From Chrysomallon squamiferum (lineage: Eukaryota > Animalia > Mollusca), in NCBI GenBank assembly GCA_012295275.1, contig CM022665.1, positions 10,230,001 through 10,294,000 of the forward strand: 64,000 nucleotides of DNA, read 5' to 3'. Below, one piece after another: positions 27,203 to 43,558 of the stretch. Made by a program: the position numbers and the translations under genes. The notes beneath the pieces were generated by a model. That model saw nothing but the letters and a program-made list of their open reading frames with translations, ran no database searches and had not been told where the DNA came from. How positions within the stretch are numbered: position 1 is the stretch's first letter; each line of letters starts with the position of its first letter.

Positions 27203-27284
<82 letters not shown>
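27203..27284. repeat. (CT)n microsatellite
   Basis: Direct reading. It is one of many (CT/AG)n tracts, with others near 16686, 22758, 36792, 37798, 40480, 43492 and 52702. Confidence 0.95.
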
Positions 27285-27287
<3 letters not shown>

Positions 27288-29151
27288 ATATTAAGTGTGT
27301 TTATTTTTTTTTTACATTAAAAATATTTTCTTTTTTCTTTCTGTCTCATCTTCGCTCACTCATTCTCGGACTCAATATATCTATTATTACATAGACATGT
27401 TATTAAATATTTCATGACAAACCATTTTACCATGAAAAATGAAACGCTAAATAATCCAATTTATTTTTAATGCGTGTGTAATCTCTTTAATAACAAGATT
27501 ACGTACGATTTATATCAATAAAAAAAAAAATAAATAACATAATTGTGTGGAATTTTAAAGTGTGAGGTATAAACTGTCATATCCAAAATACCTTGTCAAT
27601 AACTATCGTCTTACAAAGAAAACTCCCCGTTGAGATCGCGAGGAACTTGAAACTGAAGGATATCTCTCGAGCGGTGTTTGTGTAATGTTTTGCTCTGTAA
27701 AACCCTTTCACACATAATCCACAATATGTCACATTATGACCCCTCGGCTTTGAGTTTACCTGAAAATCGACAAAAGCTGTGTCAACAAAATCGCGCATTA
27801 GTTGGAGGAGCTTGCGGCAAATTGCCATCAAACGAACGACAAGAGAAGACACAGCTTCCCCGTTCTGCCACCCATTAGTTCACCAGCGCCTGGGATTTAC
27901 AGAATATCAAAAAAAAAAAAAAAAAAGAGCGACCTGTGTGGCATTGTTAATAATTATTTAATTCTCCTATACATAGTCATAGTGTATTATGTTTCTGTCT
28001 GTCCTACACAGTAAACTGTGGTCGCTTTTTGCTAAATATCAAACAAGCCGCTTCTAGGTAGCTATATGTTTTGGCCAAAGGGTAAACTTAAATTTGTCTT
28101 TGATGACGCCGCAGTTGTCATAACCAGAGTATAACCAAATCCTGGAAGACGTCATTTCTAACTCCAATATCTTGATGCCGTCAGACGCAGATGTAATTCC
28201 CGGACCAACTTTTTAGAAAAATCGTTGATTATTTGTTTGAATTTGAGATGATAAGACTTAAATGAGACACCGCAGGTTGGCTTGGGTCGCGACATAGGCA
28301 ATATTTGTCACATCATTTGCAAGGTAATGCGTCGTCTGATAACAGGTCCGAAGACTGGCAATCGCTTATGTCAACAGCGCAGACTAAAAATGACTCGGCG
28401 CTGTAACAATTGGTTTTGTCGCGTCAATACAGAAACAATGATATTCAGTGAAGTCGTTTAGTTTGCATTGTTCAAAATCTCGTTTTAAAATTCACACCCA
28501 GGTGCTGTAATTGAAAGAACAAACCGTTCTCTGTATTCGAGCTCGGGCGAACTGAAATAATATTTGCATATTATTTTCCCACGAAAGGCAAGAGCCAAGA
28601 ACGACAACGTCGACGTCGTCACCTCACCTATCATTTGACAATCAGTTTACTAAACGACGACCGTGAGAACATATTTTTTTATTTTTTTATTTTAAGTTTT
28701 AAAAACGAAATGTTATGTTAAACTTCGCCATGCATTCCTATCTGAATGAAAAAGACACTGTACATATTTGAACACGGCTTGTCATAACGAAGGTGAATTT
28801 ACGTTTTGAATAAATGCAAATATGTAAAAATTCTTTGAAAGTAGAAGATAATTTGCGTCTTGTGAAGTCAGTAACAGGATAATCCAATATTCTATAGACA
28901 GAGTAGAGAGGTAATACATATTAAAGGTGGACGTCACAATCACTGATTTTAAAAACATACATGAAAGTGTTCCTAGAAGCTGCCAGGTCTGTGTTTTAAC
29001 AATGAAATATTCATTACTCGGGGATTTAATAACAACAAGGCGATATGAAATGCATGAAATACTGATAAATGTAAAATTAAATATTAACGACCGCCAGCCC
29101 ATGAGCAAAGCAAGTTAAGTTTACGGTGAAAGTTTATTACGTAAAATCGAC

Positions 29152-29213
<62 letters not shown>

Positions 29214-30654
29214 TCAACCTTGTTTAGATTTTTAGTAATTTGAACTATCTTATAATTCAGATTTAAAATATTTATTTAGAATATGCGGTATTTTTTATTA
29301 GTATTTTTTAAAGTAATAGTTTTTATTTTAAATGTTTAATTTTATTAATTATTTTAATACACACACACACACACACACACATTAGAATTACACTCAGACG
29401 AAGAGAGACATGTGCATCCTAATCACACATATAAATAAAACACACTACACAAATACAAATTAGATAAACCCAGACACCCATCATTAACCATATATAACTA
29501 CACACCACAGATACTTAGAGTTAACGTGAAGTAAAGGATCACCATCATAAAAACAGCCAAAGTTATTTTTCCCAACCTCCTCTCACCCAGTTACATCCTT
29601 TTCCCCTCCCCATCCTACCTTCTCCCATCCATTTCATACCAGTCTCCCCTCTTTTCCTGTCTCTCTCCCACTCGAAAACAGTATACTCATAAACAAACAG
29701 TCATCACTGCCAAACCAAACAAAAGAATTCAAACTTTTACTTTGCAGTTAATCACAACTGAAACAGTCTATAACTTCAGTATCAAACATCTTGAAAAACC
29801 CCACAAAAAAACAAAACAACAGAAACTGAAACGCGAATCAGTTGTTTTCTGTTAACGGTTGAGTAACACAAACAGTCAATCGCCTTTCCAAAACAGAAGG
29901 TAATTTGCTAAGTATTAAGAGATCAAAGGTTCCCGGGCTGCGTAACGTCATCACAATTACATGGGTGCGTCCTATTACCCCATTGTCAACATTTATACAT
30001 AGGCGTTCTTTGAAACCAAATACCACACGGCAATGGGCGAATTACATTAATTATCACCAAACTGGGAGACATCACATTTCAGTAAATAAAAGGGAGAGAG
30101 TGTTATTTGTACCAAGCATGATATCACTCGGGGAAAAGGCGGGCAAGCCTAACGAACGCGCTCCTCAATCACGCGTCCCTTCGGATAATTATTTGCATAA
30201 TTTATTCCACTGGTGGCGCCATGTCGGTTCTTTTCATTTTCCAGTATGATAGAAAATTAAATTGCGTGATATAAGGGGTAATGAGATTTATTTCAAGGGT
30301 GGTCGTCCTTTGATAATACAATAATGAAAATAAACAAGGAAATATCACTGTGGGGTTGCATTTCTTCTGTTCCCATATCGTATCGCCATCTACATGGTTT
30401 CAATTGGTCTTTGACAGTCTGAGTAAGGGGGATGAAAAATCAATTACATCAAGCGATGTTAAAAGCATGTTGTTTACCTGATAGTGGAGATGCAACAAGA
30501 GTTTTTCTTTTTAGTTATGTGAACGTGTTGATACAACAACTGTGTTTGATTCGTTTCTGTAGATGTGAATATAATCTATTCATCTGTCTACATGCTTTTC
30601 AGTCTGTCTGCGCGACTGTCTGTCTGTTTCTCCATATCCGTTTTATTATAATTA

Positions 30655-30795
30655 TATTATTCCTATTACATATTATTATTATTATTCCTATTACATATTA
30701 TTATTATTATTATTCCTATTGCATATTATTATTATTATTATTCCTATTGCATATTATTATTATTATTATTCCTATTGCATATTATTATTATTATT
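30655..30795. repeat. Minisatellite with unit ttcctattRcat(att)n, ~5 copies
   Basis: The unit is repeated at ~30660, 30684, 30712, 30741 and 30769. Confidence 0.85.
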
Positions 30796-33700
30796 ACTAC
30801 AAAGAAATTATTTTACAAAAATGTGTAATTATGTGATAAATTCAACAAATATTTTATGCTGTGAACATTTAATTTTTTTTTTTTTTTTTTTGATAATGAT
30901 CAGCTTGTTTATTCAGATCCAGATTAACACCTGGGAAATGACAACTGAAGCCATTGTTAATTGTCATGTGTGATCTGGAGAACGAACAGTAAACGAAACA
31001 TAAAGTTATGCATGTTTAACATTTGACAGGAATATACAACATTTGATAGAAAAAAGTACACGAATATTTATAGTAATACTCTCTCTGTCTGCCTGTCTAT
31101 CTATCTGTCTGTCTTGTCTGTATGTCTCTCTATTTTTTTCATTATCTCTTTTGATGTGCTCTTTTTCAAACTCTGTTTCTTCTCTTTCTGCTGTAACTTG
31201 TATATGTTCGATAAGTAAAAGTTTTTCCAAAACCTTCTATGTATTTTCTTTCAAATTTTACCTTGCTAATATGTGCATAAAAAATAGAATAATTTTATAT
31301 CTTATTCAAACTAATCAAACAGAAAACAGACTTGGAAGCCGAAAGAAAGAAAGAAAATATTAATACTGTTATTTCTTTCCCTTAACAAAGACTGTTTCTA
31401 AAACTAAATTATAAATTCACACTTGATTCATCAACAAACATTTTAGCATTTCAGACCTTTGAGAGGGGTCACAGGTTGCCTACCATGCCCAGCATGCACC
31501 GCGGCTTAACCGATCTTGTTTGTTAAGATCAAAGACAAAGGTGATAATCGTTTGATTCAATTATCGGTCTATTAGAATGGTGTGAATTACAGATGTATCG
31601 TACTGCCGTATGGTGCTCAGTCTACAGATATAAATTGGCTTGGAGAATTACGTTGATTTTCATGACGGTTTCTTTGGTTTCTTTCCTATCACTGAAATAA
31701 TTTGATCTACGTGGTACAAACACAGAACATGAAACGTAAAGGTCCCATTGTATGCTGAATTATCAATACAGTTCATGGCAAGCTGTGATAAACACAAAAA
31801 TGAAAAAATTATTGAATAGCTAAGCATGGAGTTAGAGCTTCCGAAGATAAAAAAAAAATGATAGATTATATACCGTAAATGTAGTAATGTTTTCGGATTT
31901 TTTTTTTTTTTTAGAATTGTTAATTTATATCAATCAAAGGAATCGTTCTGATTTTCTCTGATGTATTAATGATATATATTTTCTCACGACTGCACATTTG
32001 TTATTATTGGTAGTAAATAGTGAATTTTTAACAGGGCAAGATGAACACTGATGTACAGAGATTATCTTCTAAATACGACTTCTTCATCGTTGTTCTCCTC
32101 CTCCTCACCATTTTATTTTCTTTCTTTCTTTCATTCATTCTTTCTTTCTTTTATAAATATTATTATGTGGAATAGTTAAAAAAAAAAAGAAGACAAACAG
32201 ATTCCGATCCCCACAGGGTTTATTTTACTTAACCATTGATGAAAAGCATTAACCAGAACTGCAACAAACCTGGTGTCGATTGCTATACCCCCGACCTGCC
32301 GTTAACACAACAGATTGGTACATCAAAGTCCTCCCTAACACCGCTAATCATAATTACCCGCCTGTAATAACGGCGTGAGCTGGTTCTTACTGTTATAATT
32401 ATCATTGTGTGCAGGTACGGCTGTGTTCAATTTAGATAATGGCAGTTGTGTAATTAATCACAACTTTCTGCAGGAGAGCTACATATGCCCCGGCTAGGAA
32501 GATAACACATATCGATAATTAAATGAAAGTTTCTCTTTGATCCGAGCGGGTATCAACAGCTCCTCTCTGCAAGATATTTGCAATTAAAGTCCACACACCA
32601 TAGTTGTGAAATGACCGTTTTATTTCTGTCTGGAACATCTTATGTGGTCAGTTAAATAACGGCCCGGGGGAAAGTGTCGCCATGAGAATTGAAACCAGAC
32701 TTGTGTGAATTTTTGTTTGTGTTAACGGTGGATCTTTTGTTTTTGTTCTTTTAGTTTTGTTTGTTGATCTCTGAATCCGATTGTCTCTTTTATCAAGAAA
32801 GATAAAATAAAATAATATTTACATGCAATTAGTGTTTACGTCTACGGATTAAGTTATGTTATTTGAATTCTCGAGAAATCTGGACGTATGTTACAGAATT
32901 GAAATGTTTGTGATGATTATGAAATAGATGGTGAATTTGGTGCTGACTAGGATATTACATGAGTTTATCATTTAAATGTGATACACGTCTAATTTAATTA
33001 ATTTCTAGTCTAAGCTGAAAATGGAATGGCTAGAAAAAATATAATGTTTTATTTATTCTTAGTGTTTTAATTTGAGTTAAATTTGTCAGAGGATCGAAAA
33101 TCATTTCAAATATTCTCTTTTTTCATATTTAGAAAATATTTTGTATACCAATGCATAAATAGTGAGAACGCAATAAAAACATGACGCAAACATTAATAAT
33201 AGAATATGCAAATTCATAAGTATTAGAAATCACCAAAATATATTTGTTTGTTGGTGGGAGTTTCTGATTAAAACTTAATTATCTATATCAGTCTTCAATA
33301 AACAATGATAAATTCTGCAAAGCATATAGCTAATCATTAAGGTCCTCAGCTACACCCCTGCTTCCATCATTATTTTGAAACAGCTGAGAAGAATCGACCT
33401 CAGACCTCTTCATCCGCCATTCCAAACCAGTTACCAATAACAGCACCATCAAGTCAAATGTTAATGAGTTCTCGCGAATCTGTAATCACGAAATGTTACA
33501 TTAAATGATCTCCACGCCAGGCTTACCATCAAAGGTTTCGTTGACAGTGCTGATTATGCGGAAAACGAATGGACGGAATTAGCGGCGTTGGTTATCACTC
33601 GTTACATCTGTCGAAGCGCGCTCCCTTTGTTTTCCTTCCACCACAGGTAATTGCTAACATACCCCGGCCTCTTGGGGGTTCAGGCTTTCACTGGACTTTA

Positions 33701-35214
33701 CACCCCTCTGCTATCCAACAAGGATCGCCACGTGTTTACATTATCATAATGGATTCTGCTCTGATGAACTTTTAATTACTTCCCCTTCTCCCTTTGATCT
33801 CGATAGCCTAAATTAGATTCTGTTTTCTCCTTTGTGTTTCTGCTGCAAGACCAGCGCACTGCCGAGCCACTTCCCCGTTACTTTAAGTGTAATCCCAACA
33901 GAAATAGATGGATAAACCAAAACTGTTATACATCGGCGGCCAACCGGGGTCAGTCTGCGGTCAAGCCATTTATTGCAATAAAAATATATTCTTGGTTATG
34001 AATTTTTGCGAGATTTTTTTGTTTTCTTTCTACCCCATGTAGATTGTTCTTTGAAAAATGTTTGCCATATGACTCAAACACATGTAGAGAGTTTTTCCTC
34101 CCTGGTGATTTTGTTGTAATAAAAGGACGCCAGCACCAGATGGTCAAGGGAATAAAGATCTTTTGTTTAGATCTGTAACAGTATCGTCGTGAGCATTTAG
34201 TCAGAAATCCGCAGCCATAACGTTAGTTAATGCTTTATGAGTGAGCTGATAACCCGTATATTTACATGCGTGAACAAACCAGCAAAGTGAAACTATTGTT
34301 TTAAATGCAAATTTATACTTGCTCATGTCTTCAGCTATTGTTAATAATGATCAAATGAAAAGTTAAGAATTTTTTTTTTTTTTATAATTATTTTTTGTTA
34401 AACGTTTGTACTGAATTAAAGTAAAATAATACATTATTCCCGAGTAATCGATATTAACCACTTAACATGTGGTTCATAAAGAAATTGTTTTAAAAGTATC
34501 TTTTGCCCATTCTAGCGTTTATTATTTTATCACCACTATTTCTATTACAACTACTGACAATGTTACTACTAGTACTACAACCACAACTACAACTACAACT
34601 ACTATTACTACTACTGGTAATAATAATAATGATAATTGTTACTACCATGACGATGACGATGACGATGACGATTATAATTATGATGATGATGATGATGATA
34701 GTGATGATAATAATAATAATAACAACAACAACAACAACGACAATTTTACTGAATATTTATTCACTAAAACTGCAAAATATATTTATAAATTATGTCTTTG
34801 CAAAATGTAACATCTCCATCACGACATAATTGTTTAAATTCAACATGCCAGTGTTTTGTTTTGAAATATTTACGCCCACATACGTGCACTGGTGCGTGTG
34901 TGAGCGCACTTGCACGTCCCCAGCACATGTAATTCAATATGGGTATCGCGTTCCACGGCCACAGGGTCGCGACTGGAACAATTCCGCCAGGCTATTGTTT
35001 TGAATTTCTTATCTCATACGACTGGCAGCTGTTACTCTGATGTCGGTCTTGTTCGATAATATTGTGCGTGTTTACACGTGCACAAAATGTTTGAAGGGTT
35101 AAAAAAAAATAATAATAAAAAAAAGTAAAAGAAGTTTCACGTGCAGACTGCTAATTAAAGAAATATGTTTGTTCATGCATATTTTACACTGAAAATGAAA
35201 GAGCATGGAAATAT

Positions 35215-35246
<32 letters not shown>

Positions 35247-35370
35247 GAGGAGTGGAATGTGCATGAGAAAGGGAAAATATTTTGTAAAAAAAAAAAAAAA
35301 AAAAAAAAAGAAAAGCATCTCGTTAATAAATTGTTTAACATAGTTAAATATACATATACATACACAGACT

Positions 35371-35406
<36 letters not shown>

Positions 35407-35530
35407 TAGAGAGAGAGAGAAGGGACAAAAACATATTAAAAGAATGAAAAAAAAACGACAGACAAAGAACGAAAGAAAAACAACGAGAATAGGAGACGAG
35501 AAGAAATAACGCAATAGAGATAGAGAGACA

Positions 35531-35586
<56 letters not shown>

Positions 35587-36788
35587 GTGTATGAAAAAGT
35601 ATTAGAGAGCTTGGAAACAGAACTAGATATCATGTTACATTAGAAAAGAAATTCGTTGTTTTTTGGTGTGTTTTTTTTTATCTCACACATATCCTATCAC
35701 AAGCAAACATCTTTATTTACCTGCATTATAAGGGATCTGTGCTGTCATCTTGTTAAAAAAAAAAAAAAAAAAAGAATGAAAAAAAAAATTATTTCGCTTG
35801 AAAGAACACCATCTCCTACGTCCTCAGTTACACACACACAAAAAAGAAGCAGAGGTATTCTTTACATCCGACGACAATAATCTATTCCTGCCAAGATTAC
35901 AGCAATGATTATATGTTTAGTGCTATCATTACATCTATAGAAATTTGTTATTTTTGTTATCTAGAGAGGCACCCCGCTGTGAGGAGAAAAAAAATAATAA
36001 GTGGAGTAGTAGTAACGTGATTCGCTGATTCGTTTCCCATGACGACACGGCTGGCAAAAGGCAAAAGCAAAGCCTTTGCACGTATTCTCTGGAGAAATCA
36101 TAATCTGAGCCCACGACAGGCGTACATTAACAATACCAGTACCGTTTCAAGTAAATATCTAAAGTTTTTATAGTGTTGCGCACGGAGTAACACGTCAACT
36201 GCAGTAAGTTAAAACTTCAGCAGCTTAAGGTTACAAAAAGTTACAAAAACTCGTAAACAAGTTAAGCGAATATTTGCTTAATTTTATTCTGTTTTTCGCG
36301 CAGCTAGATCAAAGACAAACAATCTGTTTTTGTTGCGTAATGTTTTATATCAGTAAACCAAAGATGTGCTTATAAAAACACAGACAACACAAAAGGAAGG
36401 AAGTTAATACTGCGTTTAATTCAACACATGCAGAAACCACTAACAGGGGAGACAATTATAAGCGTCAACGACTGCTCGCGCCGTTACATTCCAGCGGTAA
36501 TTATTTGTCTGCCAATTAACACAGCTTTGATGTTCGAGTTGGAGCGTTCGTTAAACGGCAGCATGCTGGGAGTGTGAAAATTATTTACGTTTTCTGTTAT
36601 GTTAAAACTGAACACATAATGAGATTAGATAATTAAGCACAACACTAAAGTTTAGGTGCGAGATGAAAGAAAATGGTAGAGCTGTAATAAAGTGACTTTC
36701 GTTTAATGATTGTTAATTGTAGCTTCTTGCAATTTTTCTCGCTCATTCTTTTTATTTATTTAGTTTTATATTTCTGTGGTGTTTCCTC

Positions 36789-36870
<82 letters not shown>

Positions 36871-37326
36871 TGTCTGGCGGCCTCCCTGTATGTTTGTCTA
36901 TTCTTTATTTCTTTGACTTTTTCTGTTTTTCTTCTTTGTTTCCGGCTGACTATCACTCTAAATGTTATTCTCTTTCTGTTTTTGTCTCTACCTCCTTTTT
37001 TTCTCTCTCTCTCTCTCTTTTTTCCAACCCACCCAACAAACAACAAATACCCTCCAAAAAAACCCCTATAATGAAGCTAAATGTTCGATTTAACTGAAAC
37101 TAATCTGACTGAATGAAATTAAGAAACAGAAAGAATATATGCACGATTGTTAAAGTGAGCGTGCCAATAACATGAACAAAAACTAAACTACAAATAATAT
37201 TTTCTTTGTGTTTTATTGTGTTTGTAGAAGACGATATCGATTCACTTGTACGTATTTTACAACCAGAGAGTTAATATTTATTTATACCTGACTATGGAAA
37301 ACCGCAGTTGTCACCGATAACAAAAC

Positions 37327-37361
<35 letters not shown>

Positions 37362-37796
37362 GAGTTTGTGCGTTTTATGTGCATGCGTGCTCATGTATGT
37401 ATTATGTATTTTGAGTGGTAGATTACCATATCTTATGATTCAAAATCATGATTCAGTCGTGTTTTGATATATCGCAGTTTTTGTTAACGCTTGAAAGCCA
37501 ACTGATTACTGCAGTAAATCACACGAACAGATACCCAAACCCATTTATACACATATATGCACATACATACGATAATAAAGAATATATATATATATATATA
37601 AACACACACACGTACACATATACACACACACATTCGCAAGTATACATATATCATAAACATTTGTATACAGATGTATATAAACAGACACCTTCACACATAT
37701 ACAAAGAAACGGACTGTGTTTACATACTTAACTGAATGTATAATTTTCAAAAATACGCACATACACAAATAAAAATTAAACAACATACACACACAT

Positions 37797-37871
<75 letters not shown>

Positions 37872-38489
37872 CACTCACACCTTCTGAATGTTTCCTCAAG
37901 TCAGTAAAGAAAAAAAGAAAGAACCCTACCTAAAATCTCATTTGCTAAATGAATACTTGACTGACCGATATGTATAAAACATATCAATTCTTTACGCGTG
38001 ACATCTGCCAGTGAAAACAGAAAGTCTTCTCGACTGATTATCGAAATAAAAGCAGTGAGGCTAAATCTTTCTGTATCGTATATCACAATGCAGTCTTACT
38101 TTTACACTATTTATTTATTATTCCTCACCATCTCTCGCTGTTTATTCAGATGGCCATGCTTATTTATATGCGTGTATCTTATTTCATTGTATCTATTTTG
38201 GCCTTTGCTTTCATGGGTGCCACTGCCCGAAATTTTATATTTTTATTAACCAAACAAATAGAATGCAGTTGTCGCAAAGAGTATTTTATTACTTCAGTAA
38301 ACATGAAAATAGAAACATGTACATGTTTTGTTACTTAGCGGCTTAACTAAAGTCGAGTTCACTAACCTGGGCTGACGATATAATATAATATTACAGGTCA
38401 TGTTAGTTTGACTTAGTTTTGTCCTGTTTATTTTCTTCTTCTTTTTTCAGTTTATTTGTTTAATGTTTCTGTAACTGTTGTTTGTATAT

Positions 38490-38790
38490 CTGCCTACCTG
38501 CATAGCTGTCTGTCTGATGCTTTCAGTCTGTTTCTCTGCCTCTCTGTCAATATGTCTGGCTGTCTGTTTTTTTCTTTCTCTCTGTCTATCTGTTTCTCTT
38601 CTCTCTATCTATTTGTCTGTCTGTCTGCTAGTCTGTCTGTCTGTCTGTCTTTCTCTCTCTCTATCTGGCTGTCTGTCTCTTTATCTGTCTGTCTGTTTCT
38701 TTGATTCTCTGTCTGTCTGTTTCTCTGTAGCTCTGTCCATCTGTCTGTTTCTTTTTCTCTCTGTTTCTGTCTGTCGGTCTCTATGTATTT
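38490..38790. repeat. Degenerate (TCTG/TC)n low-complexity tract
   Basis: Direct reading; it explains ORFs 38456 and 38478. Confidence 0.85.
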
Positions 38791-39800
38791 CTGCCTATTT
38801 CTCGCTCTCTGTGTTTGTCTATATATCTGTTCATCTATTCATTTCTTTTCGGTTATTGGCATGTATTTCTCTATCTCTGTAAGTAAGTTAATCGTAGTAA
38901 AGGCACAGAAGGTCAGTGACATTAGTTATAGAGTAAAAGCAAATAATCCCTTCTATAAGCATTGAACTGTAAACAAAATATGTATGTGTTTGTTTGTGTG
39001 TGTGTGTTAAAACTAAATATAGTTTGTTTTATAATTACAATCCCCATCAACAACTAAAAATATCTCCTAGCTAAATAAACAAAATACTACTACTACTACT
39101 ACATCAACAACAACTACTACTACTTATATATATATATATATGTATGTGTGTATGTATGTATGTATTTATTTATTAATTCTACTACATCAGTATCATAGAC
39201 AAATGTGAAAAAATAAATCGAAACAGGAAAACACCATCCAGATCTCTCCTAAAAAAATAAAAAAATAAAAATAATAATAATAAAAAAATAAAAAATAAAA
39301 ATAATAATAAAATAAAATAAATGAAATGAACTAAAACGAAATTTGAATAACAAACAAACAAACAACAACGACAGCAACAACAACAACAGCAACGGCATCA
39401 ACAACAACATAAAGAGAAACCCCACCATCCCTTCCCAGATTATGACGAGTTTGCACGACGACATGCGTGAAAGCTGTGAAATTATTAAAAAGCAGACGAC
39501 CAAATAAATCTTATTACTGTTTGTATAAATTGTAAGAAACATCTAAAACACAGCTGTTTAAGTTTACACTTTATTTTCTTAACACGTCAACTTTTCACAG
39601 CCGTCACACTTTTTTTATCTTGCGATTACTCGCTAAACCTCGTTACTTGTATAGACCGTTCGTCCGCGTGTATCGACTGCGGTCTAGTGTATCTCATTGT
39701 GGCTTTTCTACGATTAAAGTGGAATAAAAGTGAATACAATGAAACACGTGTCGCCAGAATTAGCTCTTCTCTGGAACGTGTCATTGGGTCGGTATATTTT

Positions 39801-39935
39801 AGGCGCGGATCCGGAATTTAGGAAAGATAGGGGGCCGGTGTTTGGGTGGGTGTTTTCAAAAGGGAACGAATTTCATTTATAGAGTAAGACTAAAACAAAC
39901 AAAAAAAAAAACAACAAAAAAAAAACCCACAACTA

Positions 39936-39971
<36 letters not shown>

Positions 39972-40035
39972 AAAAAGGAAGGAAAAAAAAAAAAAAAACA
40001 ACAACAAAAAAAAAAAAACCAAAAAAAACAAAACA

Positions 40036-40069
<34 letters not shown>

Positions 40070-40138
40070 TATTTAAAAAAAAAAAAATAAAAAAAAATCG
40101 GTCGGTGAAAGATACACCCCTTCCTATATCCGCGTTTG
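39801..40138. mobile_element. Degenerate MITE-like element
   Basis: Imperfect terminal inverted repeats aggcgcggatcc... and ...cctatatccgcgtttg surround a low-complexity core. Confidence 0.45.
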
Positions 40139-40476
40139 TATATACAAAAAAAACAAAAAATAAAAAACGTGATATAAAAAAAATAAACAGAAAAAGGTAC
40201 CATGGATATGAGAATCTGCGAATGACAGGAGTAAAAAGTCGTGCCAAAAACACGTGTTTGTAACATGCTGAAAGAAAAAACTGGCTTTATTCACGATTCT
40301 ATAAGACTAAGTCGCCCAGATGAATTCAAAGGAATAAGAAAGGAATAAGAAAGGATAGTGTGACGGGTTTTCTAGATGTGACTTTAAAAAAAGGATTTCT
40401 TTCCAATAACCGTGCAAACGTGCTCAGTTTTTTTCACAGCTGTGGCATGTCCCAAGAAAGAATGAAAGTCAAAAAG

Positions 40477-40551
<75 letters not shown>

Positions 40552-42324
40552 AATGCAAAAGAGAGAAAAAAGGAGAGAAAGAATGAGGAAGTATATAGAT
40601 ATACAGAGAACAACAAAAACAGAATGACACTTTTAAAGTTTTTAATTTTTAATTTTGTTTTAGTACAAGATGACGTCTGCATGCCAAATGTGAATGTTCA
40701 AAACAGCAACAACGCTCATAAATTTAGTATCAGTGCTATTTTACTGTCATACTTTGTTATTAATGACCATGCGTGGACCAAAAACAATACAAGTAGTAAC
40801 TTGGAAGTATAAATAACTTTTAGACTTTTATTCGCACGGCCATTTTAAGTTTTCTACAAACCACCACCACCAGCCCATCAAACACCCCCCCCCCAAAAAA
40901 AAAAAAAAAAAAAAAAAATTAAATAAAAAACCGCCGTAGATACATTTTAAATTTACTATAGACGAAAATAAAATGCCTATACCCGGGACTGAATGTATCT
41001 TTAGTTTGTAATTAACAACAATAGAGACAAAATTTTTTTTTTAAAAAGAAGAAGAAAAAGTGCACTGCCTTGTTTTTAATAAAACAAAAATGTCTGACAC
41101 TCGGTAACGGGTAAATATCAAGACGCGATGAGGTGTCGTTAAACATTCACCAGTTTCATTACCTTGTTTAAGCAATACTCATTAAACATAACGGGATTTA
41201 CACACTTGCTTAGTGATACGTTCATTATCGGCTTAAATTGCACAGCTAAACACATTTATGAGCGGTCGCGTCGTAATCTACGTGTGATATTAACTGTATT
41301 ATCTATTGCAAGGTAAACATGTCACGTGTCAAGAGAAAGCAATGAACAATACAGGTAGACGCTTCAGGTGAAAAGGACGCGATTTTGTAACGACTTCGGC
41401 GTAACTGAACTGAGCTTGACTGATTGCAGTTTTGTTTCTCTACCATGCACTGATTTCATATTACCGTGTTGTATACAATACAGTGGTGTGTATGTGCGTC
41501 TCTGCGTCTGTTGGTATGTGTTTATAAGGGTGTGTGTGTATGTGTATGTCTGTGTGCGTGTGTGTGCATGTGTGTATCTGTGTGAATCTCTCTGTATGTG
41601 TGTGTTTGTGTGTAATACCCGCCCCTCTTACGTGGTGTAAAAGATAAATTTAAATCGTATTAAAAATGTAATTGTAAGTAAAATCGAAAATCTTGCTTGA
41701 TGTTCGCGGAGGCTTCAAGCATCGACATTATTGTCGTTATCAGAATCATCACCATCATCAGCAGTCCAATGAGCAATATGAAGATCATAATAAAAAATGA
41801 TGAAAAATAATAACAATGATGAAAATAATCATGAAACATAGCAAAGAAACAACATCAGCAATAACAAAAATAATAATGATGATGATGATGACAACAATAT
41901 TAACAACAACAACAAAACAACAATGACAACAACATTAACAGGATCTATTTTATCAGCTATAAGTTACATTTTCAGTTTTATTCATATTTTTTTTTCTCTG
42001 TTATTTGTGTCGTTTGTGTGGTGTTCATTTTCAGTCTTCTTACCGTGACTTTACAAATAAACCCAACGAAGCCCTGATAATAAAGATGCCAACATTTTAT
42101 GACAGCATCAACATTGTGTACAACGTCCTTGAATTTAATGTGTATCTTTGGTGATAAACAATATTCCACGTATATCCAAGTTATATTTTAACAAATTAAT
42201 TTTAAAATGTTATTAACTGAGAATAAAAAAAACAAAAACAAAGAAAAAACAAAACAAAAAAACAAAAACAAAAGGAAAAAAAGATACCATAATATTTATA
42301 TAATATTTATATAATATGCTATGA

Positions 42325-42460
42325 AATAACATGATGTGATATGATATGCTATGTTATATGATATGATGCGATGAAATTCAATATAATCGATGTGGTATAA
42401 TGCGATATGATATAATGGGATGATATAACATGATATGATACGATATGATGCATTACGATG
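42325..42460. repeat. Degenerate (ATGAT)n pentamer repeat
   Basis: Direct reading. Confidence 0.8.
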
Positions 42461-43488
42461 TAAAGGAACATAACATCACATCATGTTACTTAATTTAATG
42501 GGATTATATAAAGCGATAATATCAATAAAATATTTTAAATAGAAGGTTTAATTGTGTGTATATAATGAATAAGACAGTGTTCTTGTTACAAATAGTGTAA
42601 CAATAAAATAAATAAATTCATATTTTGTGGAGTGTTTTTTTTTTTTAATGGGTTTTTTGTGTTTTCTTGTTTGGTGTTGTTTTGGGTTTTTTTTTTTTTT
42701 TGTTTGTTTATTTTTTTTTTTTTTGTTCGTATTGCTTTTAATAAGTAAAAGAAAGACACTTAAATTTTAAACAGAAGTGTACGGCGGTTTAATAAAATGT
42801 GCCTGTTTAATCTATATGTAAGTATTAAGCTCAGTGGCCTTAACATTCATAGCAAACATATTAAAGCAGCTGTTATCAGAACAAGAACATGCACACGGTG
42901 ACGAAGTAGCTCTCAAATAACAACCAAATACAACAAATAACTGCAGTTTCACATAAAGTGTAAAACCATACCTCTAACAAAACCTTTGTTTTATAATATG
43001 AAAAAAAAAAAAAAAAGTAAATAAAACAGTTTAAATTTTAAAATAGAAACAACGTCTGTGTGGAACAATTTCAACACGTGGACGTCTGCAGCAGATGCGA
43101 TACGCAGTGAAGCGTTTGAATTGGTTTCGTACAGTAAAAAATATGTGAAAAAGCTGTTAAAATCTAACGACTTAAACAGAAAAAATCGAAGAGTGTATTT
43201 GAGTAGCGTCCCCTCTCTTCTTTTAATGTGTTTGATGTCAAACACGTGATAGCCGCTTTAAATAGGCAAGTTTCTACAGAACATGTTAAATGCGCTTCTT
43301 TGAAGTCTCCGGGCTCTGAAATGATATATTTTCACAACTTAGATAGGGTGCTGGTAATAAGTTGGGTAATAAACTGTACTGTATCATAACACTCATTTAG
43401 GACTGAATTGTAAAATAATGTAGTAATAATGTAAAAACAAAATAAAACAAAACAACAGTAAAAAAAAACAAATAAAAATATCTCAAGT

Positions 43489-43558
<70 letters not shown>
